Shown: in pieces, positions 30,721 through 41,156 of the stretch | Numbering within the stretch: the first letter of the stretch is position 1 | Layout: each line of letters opens with the position of its first letter | From: Scenedesmus sp. PABB004 | Taxonomy: Eukaryota | DNA: 64,000 nt | Assembly: GCA_014905635.1 (NCBI GenBank) | Contig: JABVCE010000018.1 | Location: forward strand, 310,001-374,000 | Direction: 5' to 3' | Position numbers and translations under genes: made by a program | Notes under the pieces: generated by a model | Seen by the model: only the letters and a program-made list of their open reading frames with translations | What the model was told of the DNA's origin: nothing | Databases searched by the model: none

Positions 30721-32871
30721 TGACTGCGGCAGCGGCGGCGGCGCGGGCCCAGCGGCGGTCTGAGGAGCAGCGGCCGCGCGCCCGTGGTCCTGCGCCCTGC
30801 TGCTGGCAGGGCGACGAGGCGCCCGGGTCCTCGCGAGAGGGGCGGGAGTGAGCGAGTTGGGCCCGCGCGCCCCGGCCCCTCCCGGCGCCGTGCGGCCGGG
30901 GATGGCCCTGCACCATGGCCCAGCGCGCAGCCAACGGCCCCATGGACCCCGTGCGGCGGCCCGCGGGGCGCAGCGAGCCAGCAAACATCACAAGTGACCC
31001 CGCAAAGCGAGCGACTGGCCGGCCACGCGGCGCGGTGGGCGCCGCGGCGCGCCGAGGTCACCGCGCGCCGCGTCCCGGGGTCGGCGCGCGCGCGGCCGCG
31101 GCAGCCGGACGGTCGGGGCGCCGCGGCAGGGCCCGGCGGCGGCGGGGGCGCACCTCGCCGCTCGGAGGGCGCGGGCGCGGCGTCCGCGGGGCGCCGGAGG
31201 CCCCGGAGCTGGCGGGGACGGGCGGATCAGCGCCGGGAGCGCGCGGGTGGCGGCCCAGGGGCTGCGCGGTGCGCGCGGAGGGCGGCTGCGCGTGGCGGCT
31301 GCGGGGCGCCTGCTGCGCGTCGGCGGCGGCTGCGCGCGGCGGCGGACGGCCATATGACGCTCCCAGGCGACCGGATCGAGCATGGAGCCTGGAGCTGCCA
31401 AAACCGCAGCAGCGCCGCCGCCGGTGCCGCCGCCGCCAGCAGCGCCGCCGCCGCGCGGCGACGTGCCAGTCCTCATGTCTGCCGACCGCCGCGGCTGGGC
31501 AACAGACGCGCCAGCCCCAAGAGTCGGCTCGCCGGCTTGAACGGACGGGGCCGTCTGCGGGCTCGGGGGGGATCCACTGTACCCGGGCTGAGGCCCCGAG
31601 CGGAGCGGGCGGGCGTCTACCTGGCGGGGGCGGGCAAAAACGCGCGCTGACCGCAGCGGCCCCGCCGCCGCTACACCGCGGCTTGTTCGTTACACCGCAG
31701 CGTTCCCGAAGGGCGTCCCTGCGGCCGCGGCTCCCCCAGGCGGCAGCAGTCGTTAGAACGCGGCGCCGAAACCCAACGAAAAAGAAAGCAAACGTTGTTC
31801 GCGCAGCAGCAGCGAAAATTGGGCCAGGCGCGTGGTGCCGTGCAGATTGACGGGCCACGAGTGCGCGCGCGCCCGCGTGGGTGCGCGCAGCTATGGCGGC
31901 GGCAGACCAGCAGCACGTACAGCCGGCAACGCCCAGCAGCCAGCCGGTCGCCCGAGCTCATTGCGGGCCGAGGGCGCACGTCCCCGGACGCCGCACAGTT
32001 ATTAATTGGCGGCGGTCGGCATCTGCTGCATGAGCGCGGCGCCGGCGGCCCGCGCGGCGCCCCGCTTGCGCAGGGGCGCCCCGGCCATGTCCGCCTGGCC
32101 AGTGGTTGCCCGGCACAGTGCAGTCAGCAGTGCTCAGCAGTGCTCAACGGCGGGGCTGGCAAATGGGGGCGCTAGACGTGGTGTTGAGGTGGCCGCGGCC
32201 CACGCGCAAAACGCGCAACGCTCTCTCACACCCCTTCCCTGCTGGACGCAGCCGCGGGCGGGCGGGCGAGGCCGCCGCCTGGCAGCTGCCAGCCCCCCGC
32301 TGCCTCACGACCCCTTCCGTTCCTGCCTGCACGGCGCGCCCCGGCCAGCGCTCGGCGCGAGGCCAGCCCAGCCGGCGGCGGGCCAGCCGGCGGCGGGCCG
32401 CCGCGGCCGGCCCGCGCGCCCGCGCCGCACAGGTCGGCATCGCTGCCCGACCACGGCGACGCGTGATGCGGGCCACACTCTCTCCCGCAGGGCCAGCCAG
32501 GGCCCCGGCGCGCGCGCGCGCGCACTCAGCCGCGCGCGCCGCGCCGCGGGCCCACCGCGCCTGCCCGCCCCACACCTAGCAGCGCCGCCGCCGCCCAGCA
32601 CACGCACGCGCGGGGCGGCGGCGGCGCTGCTTATTGCCCCCGTCGCCGTCCGTTGGCTTTGTTGGGCAGCAGCACGCGTCAGCACGCGTCAGCCCGTTAT
32701 GCTGCCGGGAGCCTCCACCCCAGAGAGATGCACCACGCCCCGCGCCGGACCGACCCGGCGCACGCGTCACGCCGCGTCGCGCGCGCCGCCGGCGCCGGCG
32801 GGGGCGCGGCGCGCCGCCGCCCGCTGCTGCACGTTATTGGCGCCGCGTGCGCGCTCACGCGCGCGCGGGCC

Positions 32872-34031
32872 TCACGACGCGCTCGCCTTGACGCCGCCGG
32901 GGATGAACACGCCGGTGCCCTTGTTGCTGATCTGGCCGCTCTTGACGACGTCAGCCATGGGGTGCCAGTGCGACCCCGCCCACTTGGGCGCCTGGTGCAC
33001 CGGCGGCACGTGGCGGCCGCCGCGCGCGGCGCACTCGGGCGCGCGCACGCCGGTCGGCGAGCTGCGCCCGCTGCCGCCGCTCACGCCGCTGCTGCTGCCG
33101 CTGCTGGTGAAGGACTGCACGTCGAGCGAGCCGCGGCGCGCGGCGGCGCCGGCGGCGGCGCCGGCAGCGGCGCCGGCGGCGGCGCCGCCACACCAGCCGC
33201 CGCCGAGCGCGGCGGCGGCGAGCTCGGAGCTGTACATGCTGCTGCAGTCCAGCGACATGCGGCCGCGCGGCGCGCCCGGGCGCGGCGCGCGCGGCGCGGC
33301 GGCGGCCGCGTACGCCAGCTGGTGGCCGCCGCTCGGCATGTAGAGCGCCGACTGCAGCGCCAGGTTGGTGTTGGCCGCGCCGGGCAGGCTGCTGGCGGGC
33401 GGGAGCCCGGCCGCGGCAGCGGCGGCGGCGGCGGCGGCCGCCGCCACCGCGCCGTGGTCCATCCCCCCGGCGCCGCCAAAGCTGCCAAACGCGCCGACCT
33501 GGCCCGCGCCGAGGCCGGTCACGCCCGAAAAGCTGCCGCCGCTGGCGGCGCTGGCGATGTCGAACGCCGCCATGCGCTGCGCCAGGCCGCCCAGGTCGAT
33601 GCTGTGCCGCGCCGGCTGGCGCACGGCGGCGCGCGCGGCGGCCGCTGCAGCCGCGCCCGCCGCCCAGGCCCAGTCGGCGCTGCAGGGGTCCAGGCCCGTG
33701 GAGGAGCCGAGCATGCTGCGGGGCGGGGGCGGGGCGGGGCATGGGCGTGGGCGGCGCCGTCGGCGGCAGGCGTGCAGCAGGCGTGCAGCAGGCGTGCAGC
33801 AGGCGTGCAGCAGGCGCGCGGCCCACGACCACCGCGCGCTCGCCGCGCCGCGCCGCGCCCCACCTGCTGTCGAGGGGCATCGACGGCGCCAGCGACGACG
33901 GCGGCATGCCGCCGGGCAGCGTGAGGCAGGGCGAGGACGAGGCGAGGCAGGTGAAGCTGCTCGCGCGGGCCGCGCCGCCGTCGCGCTCCACAAACGGCTC
34001 GTCCTCGAGGATGACCTGCCCGCCCTGCGCG

Positions 34032-34062
<31 letters not shown>

Positions 34063-34441
34063 TGTTGTGGCGCAGGACCTGCTTGAGCTGCAGCAGGTGC
34101 TCGATCTGCGCGTCGATGCTCTGCTCCTCCGCGCCCCCGCCGTCGCCGAGCGCCGCCGCGTGCTGCTGCAGGAGCGCAAGCAGCTCGGCCTGCTGCGCCG
34201 CGTCGGCGGCGGCCGCGGCGGCGCCGCCGCCGCCGCTCACGACCGCGTCCGCGCTGCTGAGCTGGTCGCGCGGCGGCGCGACGTCGACCTGCGCGTCGAC
34301 CCAGACGTCCTGGGTCACGACGCTAAACATGCTGTTGCCCGCGGACCCGCCGCCCGAGGCCGCGCAGGCGTCGGGGTCGCGCAGGTCGCTGCTGGTGTAG
34401 CCGGGCCAGAGGCTGAACTCGGAAGTGGTGGCCGCCATCAT
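32872..34441 (-). CDS. Hypothetical protein with one intron and a C-terminal GTGVFIP motif
   Basis: MMAATTSEFSLWPGYTSSDLRDP...EQSIDAQIEHLLQLKQVL..., intron at about 33862-33718, repeated SLD/SID motifs (RHSIDL, RMSLD, RGSLD), ending SNKGTGVFIPGGVKASAS*. Confidence 0.7.
33766..33816. repeat. 11-bp tandem repeat (GCAGGCGTGCA) x4 plus a partial copy, intronic
   Basis: Seen directly. Confidence 0.85.
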
Positions 34442-34865
34442 CGCGCGCTGCGCCTGCGCGGGGGCGGCGCCGGCCGCGCGTGGGCGTGGCGGTCGGACGA
34501 CCGCGCGACGGGAGCGCGCGCGGCGCCCCGGTGGCCCCAGCGCGCGCGCGCAGGTCGGCGAGTACTTCTCGACCCCGCCCCGCGCTGACGCGGGCGACTC
34601 GGGCCGCGCCGGCCGGGGAGCGCGTGCACCGCGCCCCGCCCGCGCCATCGCCGGCGCCGCGGCCGGCCCGGCGGCCCTCGTCGAGCCAGGCGACGCGTCG
34701 CAACCCTTGGCTGCGCCTGCCCCCCTGCTGGCGCGCCGCGATCGCCGCGGCGCCTCCGCGCGGCGTGCTCAGCGCGCCGGCCCGGAGGCTCACCTCGGTC
34801 GCGGGCGGCGGGCGGAGGCGGAGCGGGCTGATGGTTCACCGATGGCCTGCGCCGCTGCCTGGTGC

Positions 34866-36890
34866 GCGCCGGGCGGGCGTCCGGGCTGGCGGTGTGGGGC
34901 CGCGGTCGACGGCGACGGTCACGCGCGCTCTGCGGGACGCCGCCCGCGCGGCAGGCGGGACGCACGCGCGCGGCCGGGGCGGCAGGTCTCCGGGCGCAGC
35001 AGGGCTCCGCACAGCGGTCTCCCTGCGCCGGCGCGGCGCGCGCGCGGCCGCCAGCCACGACCGACGACCGCGCGCAGCGGCGCGGCGCCGCGCTCGCCGC
35101 CCCGCTCCACCCGGCGCCTTCGCGCGGGGGGGCTCCTCCCGAGGCTGCCACTGCCCCGCCAGGCTCCCCCCGCCGCGTTCGGCCGGCGCGGGAGGCCTAG
35201 CCCCCGACGCGCGTGCCCCGGCCGCCGCGGCGCGGGCCAGCAGCGGCCGCCGCGGCGCGGGCCAGCAGCGGCTGCGCGGCGCGGGCGCGGCGCGGCGTGC
35301 GCTGCTCGGCGGCGCTCGTGCGCGGCTGTCGTGCGCTGAGCGCAGCGTCCAGCCGCGGTCTCCCCACGCAGCCGGCGCGCTCCCTCGGGCCGGGGCGAGG
35401 GCTCGAGCCAAGCGCTGCGGCGCTGGCCGGCCGGCGGCGGGACGGTCGGCGCGCGCACGGCGCGGCTGGCGCGCGGCCAGCGGCGCGCGGGCAGCAGCGT
35501 GCAGCGCCGCCGAGCAGGGGGCTCCGTCACATGGCCAGGCACATGGCCCGGTCGTGGTGCCCGTAGCCCACGCGCCCCGGCCGGACAGGGTCCCACAGCG
35601 CGGGGCAGGGGTGCCCGGCCGCAGAGAGCATGTACCCCACGAGGCGCAGCGCGGAGACGGCGGCGAAGCGGTCGTCGCGCGGCGCAACCTGCTGGCCCGA
35701 GTAGATGTCGCGAAACGTGCCGCCGCGGCAGCCCGCGCACGACGCGCCGACGCCGCTGCGCGCCCGGCTCGGCGACGCGGGCGCGCGGGGGTCGGCCGCG
35801 TGGCGTGCCTCGAAGCGCGCGCGCGCGGCCGCCACGGCCGCGGGGTCCAGCAGGCGCGCCGCCTGGGCCTCAAAGGCAGCTGCGTAGAGCCCGCCGACCA
35901 GCCGGTCAGAGAGCTCGCCCTGGCGGGGCGGGGAGCGGAGCGGCGCGTCACGGCGGCGCCGGCCGCCCGCGCGCGCGGCGCGGCGTGCCGCGCCGCGCCG
36001 CACCAGCATCATGCGCTCGTGCGCGGCGGCGTAAAACGCGCACAGCTGCGCCGCCAGCTCCGCGCTGCTGCTGGCGTCGCTCGCGGCGCTCAGGCGCGGC
36101 CCGCACGCGACGGCGCCGAGCAGTGCCGGCCCAAAACCGGCGTCGCACACGCACGCCGAGCCCCGCACGGCCGCGTTGGTGCAGTCGATGCACTCGCCGC
36201 CAAACTGGCCGCTCAGGAGCTGGCCCGGCGCGCAGGCTGCGTCTGGCGGCGGGCCCCCGCCCGCCGCCAGCGGCGGTGCGGTGAAGGGGAACGCGGCCGT
36301 CAGCCCGCCCGGGTCGGCCGCCAGCGCTGCGGCCAGCGCGGCCAGGCAGGCCTGCGCAGCACGGCGGTGGGGCAGTGAGTGCGCTGACGTCGGCGGTGGC
36401 GCCGCCGCCGCCGCGCGGCAGGCGCCCGCGCGAGCGCGAGCGCGCGCGGCAGGTCCTCACCGTGCTGTTGGCCGCGTCGGCCGGCACCAGGCCCCGCGCC
36501 GCCGCCTCGCCGCACGGCGCAAACATGCCCGGCAGCGCCGCGGCCGCCTGCGGCCTGCGCCGGAGCGGCGGCAGCGCCGCGCGCAGCTGAGCTGGCTGGC
36601 CATGGCCCGCCAGGCCACACATGCAGGCGCGCCGCGTGGCTCACCGCAGGCTGCACAGCTGCCCGGCCTTGCTGCCACGCACGTGCACCGCACCGCCGCC
36701 GCCGCCGCCGCTGCCAGCGCTGGCGTCCAGCCGCGGCTCGCCGTAGGTCAGAGGCGCCAGCCACAGGTCAGGCGGCTTGGGCGGCGCACCCGGCAGGGTC
36801 GTCGGCGCCGGCGGCGCTCGCAGGGTCAGTGTGATCTCGTATCGCGTGCCTGCCCGCCAGCGGCCTGCGGCAGGCAGCGGCGCAGTCGCC
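34866..36890 (-). repeat. Inverted segmental duplication, copy A (~2.0 kb)
   Basis: Reverse complement of 41157-43161. The ORF track gives identical translations, e.g. 35705..35887(+) = 42166..42348(-), and 35527..36168(-) = the C-terminus of 41363..42526(+). Confidence 0.97.
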
Positions 36891-37585
36891 GGTGCGCGCG
36901 CGGGCCGCGCGGGCCGGCAGCCGCCGACCGCCCTGCGCGTGCGCGCGCCCGCCGCAGCGCACCCGTCAGCACCATGCAGCTGCCCGCCGCGGCGCTGGCG
37001 CCGTCCTGCTCGTCGCTGCCGTTGCGCGGCGCCGCCGCAAACGTGCCGGGCGGGACGGGCGTGCCGTCCTGGTCCGCCGACAGGCCGCCGAGCCTGCGGC
37101 GGCGGCAGCAGCGGGGCGACGCGTGAGGCTGGGCGGCGACGCGGCGCGCGCTGGAGCTGCTGCTGCGGCGCGCGGTTGCGCCGCGGCCGCGCCCGCGCCC
37201 GTGCCCGCGCGCACCCCGCGGCCGCGTAGTGCGGGTCGCGCTGCAGCACCGACGGCGCGTCGATGACCGTGAGCCCAGGCGGGAAGGGCGCGTCCGCGGC
37301 GCCCGGCGCGAAGAACGGCGCCGCGCGCCAGTCACCGCCCGGCGCGAGCAGCTGCTCCGCGCCGCCCGCCCACGGCCCGCCGCCGGCCGCCAGCGCCGCA
37401 ACGCTCGCGCTCCCGGCGGTCTGGGCCCAGGACGGGTCCGTGAGGCAGAGGAGCACGCCGTCCGGCGCGACCGCAAACGGAGTAGAGAACTCCAGGGCCG
37501 CCGCCGTGCTGCTGCCGCCGTCGGGGCCGCTCCAGGCCAGGCTGCTCCACCACAGCAGGCGACACAGCACGCCGTAGGGGTTCAT
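35527..37585 (-). CDS. Hypothetical multi-exon protein with a Cys-rich (EGF-like spacing) segment; start uncertain
   Basis: MNPYGVLCRLLWWSSLAW...LEFSTPFAVAPDGVLLCLTDP..., RWRAGTRYEITLTLR..., CAPGQLLSGQFGGECIDCTNAAVRGSACVCDAGFG, ELSDRLVGGLY...GYGHHDRAMCLAM*. Exons are bounded by GT/AG. Confidence 0.6.
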
Positions 37586-38386
37586 GAGCCCGTGAGGCGC
37601 CCGTGGACGTGGAGGAGGCCGTGGCCGCGATGTGGCAGCGCGCGCAGATGATGGCTGATGTTGACCGCCCTGCCGCGCACGACGCTGTCGCCCCTGACGC
37701 GCGGCGAGCGGTGGCGTGTTGCGAGGAGATTGGGCGACTCGGTGGCGCAGCCTCGCTGGACGCGGCGGTCGTGCTGCTGGACCCCAGCTGCCGGCGCCTC
37801 GCTGCGACCCCGCTGTCCTGCGCGGCCGAAGCCGGACGCGGCGAGCGAAGGGGAGTGCGGCCGTGTCGTAGATTACAGGTGCAGCGGCGACGGCCGCGCC
37901 CCCGGGCGAGGCCGCCGCGCGTGCAGCACACGCCCCTGGCCGCGCGCGCCGGGCGCCACGCAGGCATCCGCCGGTCCCCTGCTGCGAGCCGCAGCCTCCG
38001 CCCCGCCGCCCCCCAAAACGGCCCCGCCCCGCCCCGCCGCCTCGCCCGCCCGCCCCGCTCACAGCGCTACCTGACGCCCCGCCGCCGCCCCGCACTCCGT
38101 GCCCGCGCCGCCGCCCGCCCGCTGAGCAAACTCACAACTCGTCGAGTACAGGGGGGATACACACGCCGGCCGGCGCGCCGCGGCGCGCACTGCGATGCGT
38201 GCTGCGGCAGCCCGCCCCGCGCGCGAGCCAGCGACCGCGCCCGCCGCGGGCGGCGAGCTGCCGCGCCGCTCGGCTGCGGCCGCGCGCGCGCGCGCCGCCC
38301 GGGCGCCTCGCCTCCCACACGCCGCGCGCCCGGGGCGCCGCGCGCGCCGCGCGGGCGCCCCGCCGCCGGGCTTCGGCGGCGCGCGC

Positions 38387-40655
38387 TCAGTAGCGCGCGG
38401 CGGGCGCGCCGAACTGGTTCTGGGAGGTCTGCAGCAGCAGCCTGCGCGGGCGCGGGGCGGCGCGCGGCGTCGGCGGCCGCCCCGTGGCTGAGAGCCGGGC
38501 GCCCGCCCGCCGCGGGGCCGCGCGCGCCGCGGGGCCGCGCCCGCGCGCCGCCGCGCGCTCACCGCCTGCGCGAGGACTCGCCAGCTGCTGCGTCCGCGGC
38601 CGGCGCCGCGCCGCTGCCCGCCGCCGCCAGCGCGGCGCGCTCGGGCGGCGCGCCCGCCGGCTGCTGCTGCTGCTGCTGCTGCTCCGCGCCCGCGCCCTCG
38701 GGCCGGGGGTTGGCCTGCCGCTGCAGGTTCTGGTTGTGCACGTGCTTCAGCACGGTCCAGTCAAACACGTAGTCCCAGTGGTAGCCTGCGCCGCGGCGGC
38801 GGCAGCGTCGGCGTCCCGCGCCCGCGCCCCGCGCCGCGCCGGCGCCCTCTCCCCGCGCCCCCTGCCCGCGCCGCTCCCCGCGCCCCCTCCCCGCGCCCGC
38901 GCCCCCGCGCCCCCGCGCCCCCGCGCCCCCGCGCCCCTGCGCCCCCGCTCGCCCTGCCCGCCGCGCCGCACCCTCGCGCGCGAAGAGGTCGCGGAAGACC
39001 TTGCGCAGGTAGGAGTAGTCGGGCTTGTCGTCGAAGCGCAGGCTGCGGCAGTACTGGAAGTAGGTCGTGAACTCGACCGGGTAGCCGCGCGTGAGCAGCT
39101 CGATCGGCGTGCTCATCTTCTTCTCGCTGATCTTCTCGTACTTCTGGCGCTTCGTCGCGGCCTTGAGGCCCTGCCAGGGCAGCGAGCCGCGCAGGAAGTA
39201 CATGAGCACGTAGCCGAGCGACTCCATGTCGTCGCGGCGCGACTGCTCGATGCCGAGGTGCGTGTTGATGCTCGCGTAGCGCGCGGTGCCGGTGAGGTTC
39301 TTGTTCTCGCGGTACGGGATGTGGATGTGGCTCTTGGGGTCGCGGTACTTCTTGGCGAGCCCAAAGTCGATGATGTGCACCTGCGCGGGGCCGGCCGGCC
39401 GCGCGGGCGACGGGCGCGCGCACGCGCGCGCGCGCGTCGGCGCCGGCGCTGGCCGAGGCGGGCGCGCGGCGCCGGCGCTCGCGGGCGCGCGGCGCCGGCG
39501 CGCGACTGCTGAGGCGTGCGCGCGCCTGGTTGGCCTTCTTGCCGAGGCCCATGAGGAAGTTGTCGGGCTTGATGTCGCGGTGGATGAAGCTCCGCGCGTG
39601 AACAAACTCCACGCGCGACAGCTGCGCCACGGCGCGCGCGCGGGGCAGGGCCGTGGGCGCGCGCGGCCGCCGCCGCCCGCGCCGCGCCGCCCGATCGCCG
39701 CCGCCGCGGCGCCCGCCGCTGCCGTGCCCGCCGCTGCCGCGGCGCCCGCCGCCAGCGCGCGGTCTGCTCGCTGCCCGCCGCTGCCGCCGCGCCGCGCCGC
39801 GCCGCCCGCCGCTGCTGCTGCGCCACGCGCCGCGCGCCGCCGCCTCGGCGGCCGCGGCCGCACCAGCTGGTCCGCCAGCATCAGCACCGTCTTGAGGCTG
39901 AACTTTCTGTTGCAAAAGTTGAACAGGTCCTCCAGGCTGGGGCCGAGAAGGTCGATGACCATCACGTTGTAGTCGCCCTCGACGCCGTACCAGCGCACGT
40001 TGGGGATGCCGACTGCCGGCGCGGCGCGCGCGTGGCACGGGTCAGCGGGGGGCCCGCCCGCCCCGCGCGGGCGGCGCGCGCGGCGCCGATCGGGCGCGCT
40101 GCGGCGCGGCGGCGCGCGCGCGCGGGGCAGCAGCGGCGCCGGCGCCGCGCCCGCGCCCGCGCCGCGCGCGCACCGCCGCCCTGCAGGATCTTGTAGAGCT
40201 TCGACTCGTACAGCAGCTGCGGGTGCTTGGTCTTGACGCTCTCCTGCGGGCGGCCGGCTTGTGAGGGGCGAGGCCGGGGCGTGCTGCTGCTCCCGGTGGC
40301 GCCAGCGCGCCAGGACGCCCCCTCGCGCGGCGGGGGCGCACCAGTTTGATGGCCACCTCCTCGCCGGTCTGGATGTTGGTGCCTGCGGGGCGGCGGGGGG
40401 CCCGGGCGCGCGCGTGGGCGGGGCGGGAGTGCGCGATGCGGCCCCGCGGTCGCCCCCGGGCGCCCCGGGGCGCTCCGCGACGCCCCGCCGCGGCGGTCAC
40501 CGAGGTAGATGTCTCCGAAGGACCCGCCGCCTGCGGGCGGGGCGCCAGTCAGCGGCGCGCGGCAGCGGGGCGCGCGGTGGTCGCGCCGCGGGCGCCGCCC
40601 CACCTATCTTGCGCCCCAGGCGGTACCGCCCCGCGATACGGATGTCCAGCGCCAT
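38387..40655 (-). CDS. CK1: Casein kinase 1
   Basis: [56 protein letters not shown]..., [68 protein letters not shown] probable last exon [17 protein letters not shown] ends at 38387. Confidence 0.98.
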
Positions 40656-41156
40656 GGCTCGACGACTCGCGGGATCGCCACGCTCGCCCAACTACTGCGC
40701 CATCGCGCTCCGCCTCGCGCGGCCGGTCTCGCTCGCAGCCCGTCGCGGGGAGGCGGCCTGCTGTCGGCGGGCGGCGCGGAGCAGGGGGGCCCGGGCGGGC
40801 TGGGCGCGGCGAACCTCGGCGCCCGCCCAGCTCTCTCGCCGGTCGACGACGCCCCGCGCCCCCGCCGGCGCCGATCAGAGCGACGCGCCCCGCCTGCCGC
40901 CCGCCGCGCCCCGGCGGCGCAGCAGGCGGCCGCCCGCACGCGGCGGTTGCCACCGCGGCGGCGCCAGCGCGCCGCGCGGCGTGCGCGCCGGCCGGCCTCG
41001 CCCCCGGCACGGGCGTGCCCCCCTGCCACGCTGCCGGCAGCCCGGCTCCCTCAGGCGGCGGCCGCCGCCGCTGGCCGCCGCGCGCCGCCGTGCACGCTGC
41101 TGCCCGCGCGCCGCGGCCCGCCGCCGGTCGAAGCAGCGCGCCGCGCCGCACGAGCG

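Noticed and set aside
38820..38970. G-quadruplex-like (GGGGCGC)n repeats in a CK1 intron
   Set aside because: Such motifs are ubiquitous at this GC content and not distinctive.
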